Shown: positions 11,741 through 22,971 of the stretch, piece after piece | Layout: each line of letters starts with the position of its first letter | How positions within the stretch are numbered: the first letter of the stretch is position 1 | Assembly: GCA_003990765.1 (NCBI GenBank) | Contig: RBNJ01000055.1 | Coordinates: forward strand, 1-45,980 | Direction: 5' to 3' | Origin: Jimgerdemannia flammicorona | Lineage: Eukaryota | Length of the DNA stretch: 45,980 bases | The notes under the pieces: generated by a model | What the model was told of the DNA's origin: nothing | What the model saw: only the letters and a program-made list of their open reading frames with translations | Databases searched by the model: none | Translations under genes and position numbers: made by a program

Positions 11741-12155
11741 AAGATCAAGATTTGAAAGATCCACCCTGATGCAGTCTTGCCAGAATACAAGTCAGAAAAT
11801 GCAGCAGGAATGGACATTGCTACAGTAGAAGAGACCATACTGGAACCCCAGACAACCACCCTACTTGCAACTGGATTGGAGATGACCATCCCAAAGGATC
11901 ATGTTGGGATTCTCAAGACAAGAAGCAGCCTGGCTAGAAGTGAAATTACAATTGAAGGAGGAGTCATCGATTCAGACTACATTGGAGAAATTCTACTCAT
12001 CGCTAGAAACCACAATCTTACAATCCCATTTCCAGTCAAGAAGAAGGACCAATTGGTGCAAATGTTGATCTTTCCGATCCTACAACCAAAGATCATAGAA
12101 GTTAAGAAGCTGGGGGAAATGAGAAGAGGAAAGAAAGGATTTGGATCCACAGGAA
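11741..12155 (+). pseudogene. dut: Trimeric dUTPase domain between protease and RT in element B
   Basis: All five motifs: AGMDIA, RSSLA, GVIDSDYIGEI, DQLVQML, RGKKGFGSTG. Confidence 0.95.
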
Positions 12156-13666
12156 GAAGAGTATTCGCCAATACCAAGATCACCGAACTCGAGCATAAGA
12201 AGGAGGAAAACATGAGCAAGCACAGCTACACTATCAGAAATGAATTTCTACTCAAAAAAGAACTCAAGAAAATACTCCACGAATTCGAGGATGTCCTTAC
12301 CACAGATTTCAAGAATATCAAAGGAAAGACCCCACACTACTATCACGAAGTAGATACTGGAGACACTGAACCAATTTATCAGAAGGCAAGACCCATCCCA
12401 CCAGCCTACCGAGAATGGCTCAGAGAAGAAATCAAGCAGATGGAAGAAGCTGGCATCATCAAAGAAGCCAGCAGCCCCTGGTTCTCATCTGTTGTACTGG
12501 CCCTGAAAAAAGGTAGCAAGCCTGGAGAATTCGCCCCAAGACTCTGTGTCGACTACAGAAAACTCAACATGGTTACTAAGAAGGATCGCCAACCACTGCC
12601 CCTCATCAATGACATCCTCATAATACTGGGAGATGAAGCACAGTACTACAGCACCTTAGACTTATACTCAGGATTTCACCAAATCGGACTCACAGACACA
12701 GCAAGCAAAAAGTCAGCTTTCATCACTCCAGATGGAACCTATGTCTACCTGTGAATGCCATTCGGAATGTGCAATACACCAGCAAGCTTCCAGCGAATAA
12801 TGAACAAAATCTTCTGCTATGATATGGGAAGATGAATGATGGTCTATGTCAACGATGTAATCATCTACAGCAAGACACCCAAGGAACATCTGCAGCACAT
12901 ACAGCAGATAATGGAGAGACTAAGACAATATGGTCTTTACACAAACCCAAGAAGTGCAAGTTTGCAGAAATTGAGATCTCCTACCTTGGCCATATTATCA
13001 ATCGAGATGGAACACACATGGACCCCCTCAAGATACAAGCAGTGGCAGCATACCCAAGACCCACCACTGTTACAGAAGCCCAAGCCTTCATGGGACTCAC
13101 CTCCTATTATCACAGATTTATTAGAGGATTCTCTAATATTGCGGGACCAATCTATGAACTTAACAAGAAGGATACCAAGTTCCAGTGGACTGGCAAACAA
13201 CAAAAAGCATTCGACGAACTCAAGGTCAGACTGACCCAGGCACCCATCCTCAGAAGACCTGACTGGACCCAAGAATTCATCCTACAGACTGATGCAAGCG
13301 CACAAGGACTAGGAGCAGTCCTAGCTCAAAAGAAAGATAAAGTGGAGTATGTCATTGCATACCTCAGCCGCGGAACCCAAGGAGCTGAAAAAGAATATAA
13401 ATCCTATAAGTTAGAATGCCTCGCAGTCATCTGGGCTGTAGAAAAGTTCCACTACTACTTGGCTGGAAGGCACTTCACCATCCAAACAGACCACTCAGCT
13501 CTCACCTGGTTACTGACAACTGGACAACCCAAAGGAATCTATGCCAGATGGATAATGAAGTTGCAAGCTTATGATGTAACCATTGTACATCACTCTGGAA
13601 GAACCAATGCTAATACCGATGCCCTCTCGCAGACACCCCGAAGGACCCCACCCCAACAAAATTACC

Positions 13667-14869
13667 ATGAATAAGGAGCTCTACTATGGAATTATTACAT
13701 ATCTAGGACAGTGAAAGATGCCCCAACATCTGGAACAATGGACACAAATGATTATCAACAGAATATGGAAACAATTCGAAACTGACAGAGAAATACTGAA
13801 GAAAGGAAAACTACTAGTCATACCAGAACACAAGAAGGAGCAAGCAATGAAATCAGTACATGAACTCGGCCACCTAAGAGGAACAAATACATATGATAAA
13901 GCAAAAAGAACAATGTGGTGGCCAGGAATGGAGGAAGACATCAGACAATTTGTCAAAACCTGTGATAAGTATCAGAAACAGAAACAAGACCAATGAAATC
14001 AAGCCCTAAGATTAGCACACATAGAACCAGTACCCTTTGCCCACATAGCAATGGATATAATTGGCCCACTACCCCTGATATTGACTGGCAACTGATATAT
14101 CATTGTCATTGTGGATCTATTCACAAAATGGATAAAGGCAGGACCCCTCAAGGAAGCTAATGCACAGTCAATTGCCGATTTCTTCCACAAAGAAATCATC
14201 TGCCAATTCAAGACCCCAATGCAAGTAACCATGGATAGAGGAACAGAATTTGTGAACCAGTTCTTTGAGATTCTCTACAAAAAATACAAGATCCAACATA
14301 TTCAGACTACCACCTATCACCCTCAAGGAAATAGACAAGCAGAAAGGACAAACAAGACTCTCAAGAATGTTATTGCCAAGATCTGTGATAACTATGAAAA
14401 CTGGGATCACTATCTGCCAATAGCATTATCTGCTCTCCGAGATATCTGATCACAAAGTACCCACTTCACTCCTCGAGAAATGCTGTTCGGAGAAGAATAT
14501 TCTCAGGGAACCCTATCATCCAACGGAGATGCTGTATGGAAATATGTGGACATGGAAATATGGAGACTACACCAAATCAGGAAGAAGGCTGAGGATTACA
14601 TAACTAAGGCGCAGACACTACAATAGAGAAATGCGGAAAAGACCCACAAACCCTTAGAGATTATCAAGATAGGAGACAAAGTCCTGGTATATCAGAATAT
14701 GGTTGAAGCTTCATGGTCACGAAAACTGGAGCCCAAGTGGGAAGGACCTTACCTTGTGCAAGATATAAAAGGAACCACCTTTTGGCTATGAAAACCCTCA
14801 GGCACAATCATCCCCACTACCATCCACCAAAACAGACTCAAGAAATACCATGACCAGCCAACAAAGTAA
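13667..14869 (+). pseudogene. Integrase of element B as a separate ORF (401 codons; no chromodomain)
   Basis: HELGH...TCDKYQ zinc-binding region, AMDIIGPLP, MDRGTEF, AERTNKTLK, WEGPY; ATG 13667 overlaps pol TAA 13672-13674. Confidence 0.92.
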
Positions 14870-15311
14870 TACAGCTGCCCTCAAGATCACTAGTGCTGCC
14901 CAATGAGCCATAGAGAGACAGTGGTATTCCACCAAACCACCAATAATGGAGGAATCCTTTGATAGTATACAGAGTATAGTCCAGACCCACCTGTCACGAA
15001 TTTTGCACTTCAAGGCCTACCGGATACAAACCGAGTTCCAGGAGTACTTCAAGCTAGGATAACTACTGAATTCAAATTCGAGGATAGGAAAAGAAGACTG
15101 GATCAAAGAATGTCAGCTCTCCTACACTCAGATCACGATCGCCAAGAGAGTGCACAAATTATTCAAAGATGATGAACCAGCTTTAGCTCATCTCCGTGAA
15201 GTAATTCCGGGGGATTTCGGACAAATCAGAAGACAACATTGGAAGAACGTAATGGCGCAGATCATACAGTACAAGGAGATACAAATTGTAGAAGCCTGGG
15301 AGTTCGAGTGA
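14850..15311 (+). pseudogene. Accessory 3' ORF of element B (153 codons, two C>T nonsense codons), unknown helical protein
   Basis: MTSQQSNTAALK...QEYFKLG*LLNSNSRIGKEDWIKECQLSYTQITIAKRVHKLFKDDEPALAHLREVIPGDFGQIRRQHW...WEFE*; fills the IN-PPT interval; start overlaps IN end. Confidence 0.75.
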
Positions 15312-15342
15312 ATAGGATACTTCAGAGATGAATCACCTATTC

Positions 15343-15351
15343 AGGAGGAAG
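15343..15351 (+). other. Polypurine tract of element B
   Basis: AGGAGGAAG just before the 3' LTR. Confidence 0.85.
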
Positions 15352-15352
15352 T

Positions 15353-15835
15353 TGTGATGGTTGATCCGAATTAGTAACATGAAACAGGGGAATAGACATT
15401 TGATTGCGGTACCTGAACCCAATTCCCGATATAGTATAGTCTTATAAATAGCAGTCATATTTCACAAGTATAGAAACTTTAGCAATCATAGAAATTCTAC
15501 AGATGTAAAATATTTTATAATTATAAAGATCTCAACAGATGTAGAGGATTTACACTTGTAGAAATTGACTCACAGGAAACATAGTCATAATTTAGCCACC
15601 TTATAGCTAGCAAAACTGTATAAATAACCCAGTATCTTCGAGTGAATAAACCTCAGATCGAAATAGTTCAAAAGCAAAGAGATAGTAAAGGAACTAGTAA
15701 GCCTGCGGGCAGATACACTTCGAACTCACCACCCTCTCCTGCAACTTCAAGAGACTCTGCAAGAGTCAGAACAGTCAAGTTTTCAAGATACAGAAATCTG
15801 ATGTACTTTCAAGAGTAAGCATCCGCTACATTACA
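15353..15835 (+). repeat. 3' LTR of element B (483 bp)
   Basis: TGTGATGG...CATTACA followed by ATAT. Confidence 0.97.
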
Positions 15836-15839
15836 ATAT

Positions 15840-16525
15840 GTAATAAAATAAATAGAATAGTCATAAGACTTCAGTTATAGAGACATTCACTGACCAGATA
15901 ATAAAATATAATAAAATAAATAAAATAGTCACAAGGCTTTAGTTATAGAGATATTCACTGACCAGATAATAAAATAAAATAAAATAAAATAAATACATAA
16001 AATGATCATAAGGCTTCAATCATAGAGATATTCATCAATTAGATAATAAAATAAAATAAAATAAATAGAATAGTTATAAGGCTTCAGTTATAGAGACATT
16101 TACCAACTAGATAATAAAATAAAATAAAATAAATAGAATAGTTATAAGACTTTAATTATAGAGACATTCACTAACTAGATAATAAAATAAAATAAAATAA
16201 ATATGTAGAATAGTCATAAGGCTTCAGTTATAGAGATATTCACTAACCAGATAATAAAATAAAATAAAATAAATAGAATAGTCATAAGGCTTCAATTATA
16301 GAGACATTCACTGATTAGATAATAAAATAAAATAAATAGACTAGTTATAAGGCTTTAGTTATAGAAATATTTGCTAACTAAATAATAAAACAAAATAAAA
16401 TAAATATATTAAATAGTTATAAGACTTTAATTACAGAGATATTCACCAACCAGATAATAAAATAAAATAAATAGAATAGTTATAAGACTTTAGTCAGAGA
16501 GATATTCACCAACTAGATAATAAAT
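15840..16525. repeat. ~60-bp tandem minisatellite (~11 copies) with variable (TAAAA)n
   Basis: AATAAAATAAATAGAATAGTCATAAGGCTTCAGTTATAGAGACATTCACTGACCAGAT units; a partial unit at 9190-9218 shows element B inserted in the array's first unit. Confidence 0.9.
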
Positions 16526-18651
16526 AGAAATATACTTACTTTAGTTTTTGAGTACATCTATCTTCTGTCTAGTTATTATAGATAATATAGTAATGAATAG
16601 ATATGATTTTGAAATATACAATACTTATTTTATAATATAATATAGATATCAATAATTAACTCATCAAGGATTACAAAAGTATAATCAATAATACTAACTG
16701 ACTTACTATAGTCCTCAAATAGCTATCTTTGTATACTTATCCAGAGCATTAGGTCAAAATTCTTATAGATGGAGATAATGTATTATTAAGAAGCTAAATA
16801 CTCTCAAAACTCACATCTTCAACTCTGACAAGTAGTGTATTATTGTTGAGTTTTTTTTTCAATACAGAATATACCATAATTTCAAGACCTATCTGATCTC
16901 TTCTAATTGTAGGGCAGACAATTACTAGCTATCTGTATCATTAATGGAGATCTGCTTTATAATAAGCTATAGATGATCAAAGGTTGGGTTTTACTACTTC
17001 TAAATACTTACTATATCAATAGTATCATATTAAAACTCTATAGTAATAGTGAAGCAACTCTAGGTTCTATCTAAAACATTACACTACTTAGTGATAAACA
17101 ACTTAGCAGATTTTTGGATAGAAAAGAATTTATCTATCTATCTGTTACTCAATCTTTATAAAAAAACCTATACTCTTAGTAAAAAATATAAAAAAGAAAT
17201 ATAGTGTCTTCATGATCAGACTCTTCTACAGGCTCTCTAATAGGGCAAAGAGAGCAGCAATAGTGAGATATACTGCTCTAATCTCTTTGTGATATGTGAG
17301 TTATATTATCTCTAATATCAAAATACTAACTAAAGACAATTATATTAAAAGCTTGGTCAGTAGTATATATGGAGACTTGTTAATATAGATTTGAGGAGAG
17401 GATTTACTTGTGTATATATATAAGATAAGTAGAGAGAGAGAATGGGAGAGAGATAGTGAAATTGAGTATAGTAGATATAAATAAGAGTATAAGAGTAATA
17501 TGATTATAGAAGATATCTGACAACTCCATTTAATTCTATTCACTCAGTTCATTCTCACTTTTCTTTATCTTTTTATTCTATTCTATACTCATACTCTACT
17601 CCTCTTTCTCAAAAAAGAAAAAAAAACTCCACCTACTGACTGCTCAGAATTGTGATAATATTCTTCTTTAAGTATTAGCAGACCTATTAGAAAAACATAG
17701 TTATGTCATTGAGAATTGAGTCTGATGATAATAACTAAGTAAAGAATAGCAATAATATAAGTAGCTTCTAGTTACTATAAAAATATTTCCTGAATGATCT
17801 CTTAAGATATAAAGATACTAAATAAAATTCTAAGAAGTATTTATAGGGTAATTTCAGTAGTTCATTATTACAAAGTTGCTATAAAGTATAGTGATAGTTC
17901 TGGAGAAGGGGGAGAAGATTACTTGAGTTTGTCATTATCTTTCAAGAGCTTAGACAGACTCAGAAATCTCATTTGGAGAGTAATGACTTCACTCAGAACT
18001 ACTATTTGAAAATTATAAATCTGAGTACTATTCTGCTTAATGTTATCTATATTACTATTTAATAAAAATCTACATCTTATTCAATATAAGTAAAATACAA
18101 ATTTGAACCAGAATATATATTTATATTATGAAATTATTATTATACTATATTTTGAAGAGAAAAATCTATATACTGTAATTTATATCCCAAAACCTATATA
18201 TTACAATTTATACTGCAATTTGTATACTTATTGAAAGCAAAGCTATATATTAAATTGAAATCAAAGCTATATAATAATAAAAAAAGAAGTAGTATGCTGA
18301 TATTAAATTAAAGAAGCTATTAATGTTTTGACTGAAAAACACAAAAGTTATATATCTTTTTCACATCTAAGTATTTAGTATATTTTCAACATCACTCACT
18401 GATCTAGAATCAGATCTCTTACTATTTATATCTTTAGTAGTATATATAGTATATACTTTCTTTTGAAGTTAATCTAGTTCTAATTTAATCTAACTATATT
18501 TTTCCAATATTTTAATCTATGTTCTGTAATTTTTTCCATCTATCTTTTCATTTAACTTTAAGTCAATCTGTGATGTAAGATATTTTAACTGATAAAAAAA
18601 AAGATAAAGATCTAATAAGCTTGAATATCTAGAGAGATGTCATTTTATAGA

Positions 18652-18951
18652 ATATAGTTATGAATGCAATTCAAACTTCAGCAAAGTGGCTGAGAGCCAC
18701 TTAACATTATGTGGAACAATTATGCAATTTCCCCTTGGCAGACTTAGTTTAGCTCATTTCATGCAGTTTCTTGTCCCTTTCTATGCCAAAGATAACTTAG
18801 CTAGTGGTGTTTTAAAAATATGCCAACCATTAATGTGAGTTAGTAACAATGTAATCAGTCCAGTGACTGAGTATTCATTGCATCTCAGCTAGTCAGATAT
18901 ATACTATGCCAAGTTGCAATTAGTTGCTAGTATTTACAATCAGTTCACGTA
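18652..18951 (+). repeat. Split direct repeat A1
   Basis: ATATAGTTATGAATGCAATTCAAAC... repeated at 23127. Confidence 0.93.
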
Positions 18952-18962
18952 CCATATTCACA

Positions 18963-20283
18963 ATGCCCCCAATCCACACTCAGTCTCATAGTCCTTTGGA
19001 ACCAGCTATAGCCCCAAGACTGGTTGCCCCCCTAGCCCCCTTACATGAACCTCACCCCTTCCCCATTCCCAATCTATCTGGCCTATGTGCTTGTTGCAAA
19101 GAACAGCTAGTTGCACTGTGTCACGAACATTATCTGCCAGTCGAAGGTCAAAAAGCCACACTAGTTATGCATCTCAACTCGCACCATCCAAGTCCCAACC
19201 CTCTACCTCAGCTGATTATTGGAGAGCAAGCTAAAGATGCTCTTATTGAATGCTTAATCTCCACTTTAGTTGGGTGCCTTGCAACACATCCATCCATCAT
19301 ACTGACGGGCCCCAACTTAATTACTCCACCAGTATCAGGGCTACTGGTGGGCTTGTCACAGGCAATTCCTCTACCAGCCACTACTCCTCCCTCAGCCATA
19401 GCCCCCTTCATGCTGCCACCTCCCATGACAAGGTTGATGTCGCAATCACTGCCAAATTTGCAAAGTAGTGAGTCTTCCTCATCTCTCATTTCAGATGCCG
19501 TACTTCGATGGAATTGGGTACCACCCGACTTGCTGGCATCACTAGATGTGGGCGACTATCAGATTCTATCTGAATTGACTGGCAGCACTCTTATTTCATA
19601 ATCAAGCAGCTGCAAAAAAGTAGATATATACATGCCCGACCACGACCTAGATCTACCACTGTAGCTTGAAGCCATCTTTAATATCCGAGGTGCTCTACTG
19701 GCTCTGGGTACCACCTGATCGACCTCACATACATCCTATGCTCCTCAACTTCTTGCCCATGCAATCTTTATCATTAAAGCGATAAATGATCGTTATGACT
19801 AGGTGGCACTTCAATGCTTTGACTGTCAAGTTCGTATACTCAAGGTCTCTTTCTCTGACTTGGACATTGGCAATCCAGACATAGTTCGCTGTACATTCGA
19901 GACAATCATTGGCCAACCTTCCTCAGCACCCTTAGCATACCAATGTCACTCTACATTCTCCTATGCTAGATCTCATACAGTGGGAAGTTCATCAACTGCC
20001 CACCCGGCTGGCAGCCCAAAACCAGTCTCATCCACCAACCTCTTGTGCTTTCGATGTGGGGTGTGGGGACATACTGTCAGCTCCTGCACCCTAAACCCCA
20101 CTCCAGCATCCTACTTTCCCATTCCAGTCAGACGATCCTATCTACCCAGATGGTGCAGCAAGCTTAGTCTGTCATAACTTTAATGGCTCTAGTTGCTCCT
20201 ATCAAAACTGCAGTCGAGCATACATATGCCTCTTCTGCTATGGACCTCACACAGCCCTGGCTTGCTCTGCTCGCCATGGCTAA
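18963..20283 (+). pseudogene. Ngaro ORF1 (gag-like): N-terminal SAP-like motif, CCHC knuckle, C-terminal CCCH-type zinc fingers
   Basis: LSGLCACCKEQLVALCHEHYLPVEGQKATLVMHL; CFRCGVWGHTVSSC; CHNFNGSSCSYQNCSRAYICLFCYGPHTALAC; stops and a frameshift. Confidence 0.8.
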
Positions 20284-22015
20284 TCTCTCGATTCCCCCCA
20301 CTTCTAGTCACCCAACCACCCTGTACCATATTAAGGAGTGGAAAAGGGTACTGCATTTGCATCCAAACCAATCACTCATTCAGTACCACCTAACAGATCT
20401 CTATCACGGTTATTAGCACGGAAATCACTCTCACCCTGAGCTTCACATCAACCTCATATCCAACAATCTTACCTCTGCTTACCAGTATCAAGAAGTTCTC
20501 TCTACCAATATTCTCACCGAGCTAGCTGTGGGTCGCTATCTTGGCCCATTTTCATCTCTCTCCTCCATACCACCAGAATTCCGCCCCTTTCACAATGCAC
20601 CCCTTGGTACCATTCCTAAGAAGCACTTGTCCAAATTTCGTACTATACAACATCTATCCTTTCCCTACAGGAGTTCAGTCAATGACAGAATCAATCCTAA
20701 GGAGTTCTCAATCTAGTACCAGTTCATTCAAGCCATTATTCTCCTTCTCCTCTCAGTTGGCTCTACTGCGTTCTTCTGGAAGGCATGGGCTGATGCCTTC
20801 TGCACCATCCCAGTACACTGCTCCAATTGGGCTATGCAGAGTATCTGCTGGCTTGGTCTTTTCTTCCTCGACATGTTCCTCTCCTTTGGTCTTTGCTCCG
20901 CTTCCTTTATCTTCACATCTCTCATGGACCTCTTTACCTGGATCTGTATTCAACTGTATGATCTTCCTAACTTGGGCCATTTCGTTGATGACTTTATCTA
21001 CGTCACACCTCTGTCTAGTGCATTCTCCTCCTATAATCAATTTCATGCTACTGTATCTCGATTTGGCCTCCCACTCAAACCCTCCAAAGATATTCCTCCT
21101 ACTCCAACTATAGAGTATGTTGGCTTCATTCTCGATACTCCAACAATGATGATTAGTCTCCCAATAGAGAAACGCACATGCATTCTCACCTTACTAGCAT
21201 CATGGCTTACACTGGCTCAGCAGACTCAATCATACCATCTATGTCTGCATTCACACCATAAAGCTCAATCACTCTCGGGCCATCTTATACACATTGTTCA
21301 AATACTTCCAGATGGGAAGGTGTTTTGTGATGGCATTATTCACTTCGCTTCCTCTTGAAAACTGCCCTATATAGGGCAGCATTTTCCACCTCCTTGACTA
21401 GCCACCGACTTACAGTGGTGGTATGATATTCTACACTCATGGCCAGGTCATCACCTGCTCTGCCATTCTGAGTGGCTCAATTGTGGTCCGTTTATAGATG
21501 CATCTGGGACACTTGGTGCCAGCAGCCTGCTGGGCCAACACTGGTGGAGTACTCATTGGGCTCTCTCCTTCTTAGATCTGAATGGCTATGATATATTCTG
21601 GAAAGTAATATTTGCCATTTGGGTCCCATTGGTGCTCTGGGGCCCCTTGTTTCATTCTCAATGTATTATTCTCTGGTGTGATAGCCAGCCCTGTGTTGAA
21701 TCGTTGACCAGTGGTCAGGCATGCCATCATCCTCTTGTCAATGACTTACTTTGTCGTATCATTCTCTTACATCTCAAAATTGGATTCGAAATTCAAGCTC
21801 GTTACATCTCTTCAGCATCTAACCCTGTGGACCCCTTATCTTGCCATATACTTCCTCCACATCCCCAGGACCCATTGCCTATATTAATTACATCTCTCTT
21901 TGGCTTCGCCATCAATTCGACACCTGCCTCTACCAATGCACCCACACTCGAATGGGTAACTTCCAGTCAGGTACCAATTCTCTACACTGATTTCTCAACT
22001 CCTGCAATATCGTAG
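20276..22015 (+). pseudogene. Ngaro ORF2: reverse transcriptase + RNase H
   Basis: PLGTIPKK..KFRTIQHLSFP..SVND, LSFGLCSA, HFVDDF, IEYVGF, FIDASG, WCDSQPCV, NPVDPLS. Confidence 0.92.
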
Positions 22016-22938
22016 AGGCCACTGCTTTCCCTCTTTAAGATGAATTACTCAGTTATTGGGCTCTTTGGCTTGTCCAAGATAGCAAGCCCTACTCCACCAT
22101 TAAGAACTACTTCTATGATCTCACAGCCTATCAGGTCGCTCACTGGCATGGTCCTCCACTCCAGCACCTTTCTCTACCTCTCTTCAACACCATTATGAAG
22201 TCTATTCAGACTCACCCACTATCTTCCAGTTCACTCAACTAGCTTCCTATTATGTGCCAACATCTCTGGTCTATCTGTCTCTCTCTCCACATAGACACTC
22301 CTTTTAGTGCTACTATTTGGGCAGCAGTGTGCTCTGCTTTTTATGGCTTAATGTGTGTTGGTGAATTTACTACTCGAGATGGCTCTGTATTCAATCCGAA
22401 TTGGCAAATTTGTCATCGCCATCTTCATCGCCAACAGGATGACACCCTTTCTCGACCATTCTGGGCTCTACATCTTCCCTGAACAAAAACAGGCAGAGCA
22501 GGTGACATCTTCCTTGGCTTCTCTGGTGTCTTCGATTGCCCATGCACTACAATTGACAACATGGTCCATATTCTCCCAGCACAACCTCATGACCCTGCCT
22601 TCTGCCTTGGCCCGGGCCAACCACTTTCTCGATCTACATTCATTAAAGCGATTCGATCTCCACTCATGGGCACCTCCCTAGCTATTGGTATTTATGGTCA
22701 CTCCTTTCGAATTGGTGGTACCACACTTCTGGCAGCTGGGGGCTATCCTGATCATGTCATTCAACTTGCTGATCAATGGAAATCTACCATATTTCTCCAC
22801 TACATTCAACACCTCAACCACATTCTCCCCAAAACCATGGCAACACTAGCAGGACTCCCTCTACCCAATCTTCAGCAGGCCATGGGTTTGGCCAGTAATG
22901 GCCGAATTTCACCCATAAGTGGTTTATGGTACCATTAG
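21870..22938 (+). pseudogene. Ngaro ORF3: tyrosine recombinase (start approximate)
   Basis: STIKNY, FYGLM(C/R)VGEF, LP*TKT, GHSFRIGGTT, QWKSTIFLHYI. Confidence 0.93.
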
Positions 22939-22971
22939 GAGCCTAAAACCACTTCTCAGGCCCACAGTTTT

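Larger units (their letters stand above)
9704..13674 (+). pseudogene. pol: gag-pol polyprotein of element B: capsid-like gag, CCHC knuckle, aspartic protease, Cys/His module, dUTPase, RT, RNaseH
   Basis: ORF-track pieces 9686, 9980, 10688, 11495, 11777 and 12836 are all in one frame, separated by transition-type stops; one 1-bp deletion at ~12940. Motifs CYTCGEEGHYSYEC, AIIDTGAG, ILIGNQWL, YVNDVII, TDASAQGLGAVL, TDHSAL, DALS. Confidence 0.95.
9219..15835 (+). mobile_element. Full-length Ty3/Gypsy LTR retrotransposon, copy B (gag-PR-dUTPase-RT-RH / IN / accessory ORF), inactivated by transitions
   Basis: Paired TG...CA LTRs, 4-bp TSD ATAT (9215-9218 and 15836-15839), PBS-like TGG, PPT, RT-RH-IN order. 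Confidence 0.97.

Noticed and set aside
10124-12219. Long antisense ORFs over gag-pol
   Set aside because: Shadow ORFs of A-rich coding sequence with no motif
12845-12856. Both Gypsy RTs read YxND instead of YxDD (also at 1798-1810)
   Set aside because: The first Asp codon follows C (GTC GAC / ATC GAT), a CpG hotspot, so parallel G>A decay explains it without a variant active site
13673-13678. AAGGAG Shine-Dalgarno-like motif at the RH/IN junction
   Set aside because: Lies downstream of the ATG, encodes IN Lys-Glu, and the host is eukaryotic
15840-16525. Regular repeat arrays as CRISPR (also 25440-26290 and 42225-42835)
   Set aside because: No unique spacers, no cas genes, eukaryotic context
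16530-18650. Possible transposase remnants in AT-rich flanks (also 23624-25100)
   Set aside because: Too decayed; no recognisable motif in the frames examined
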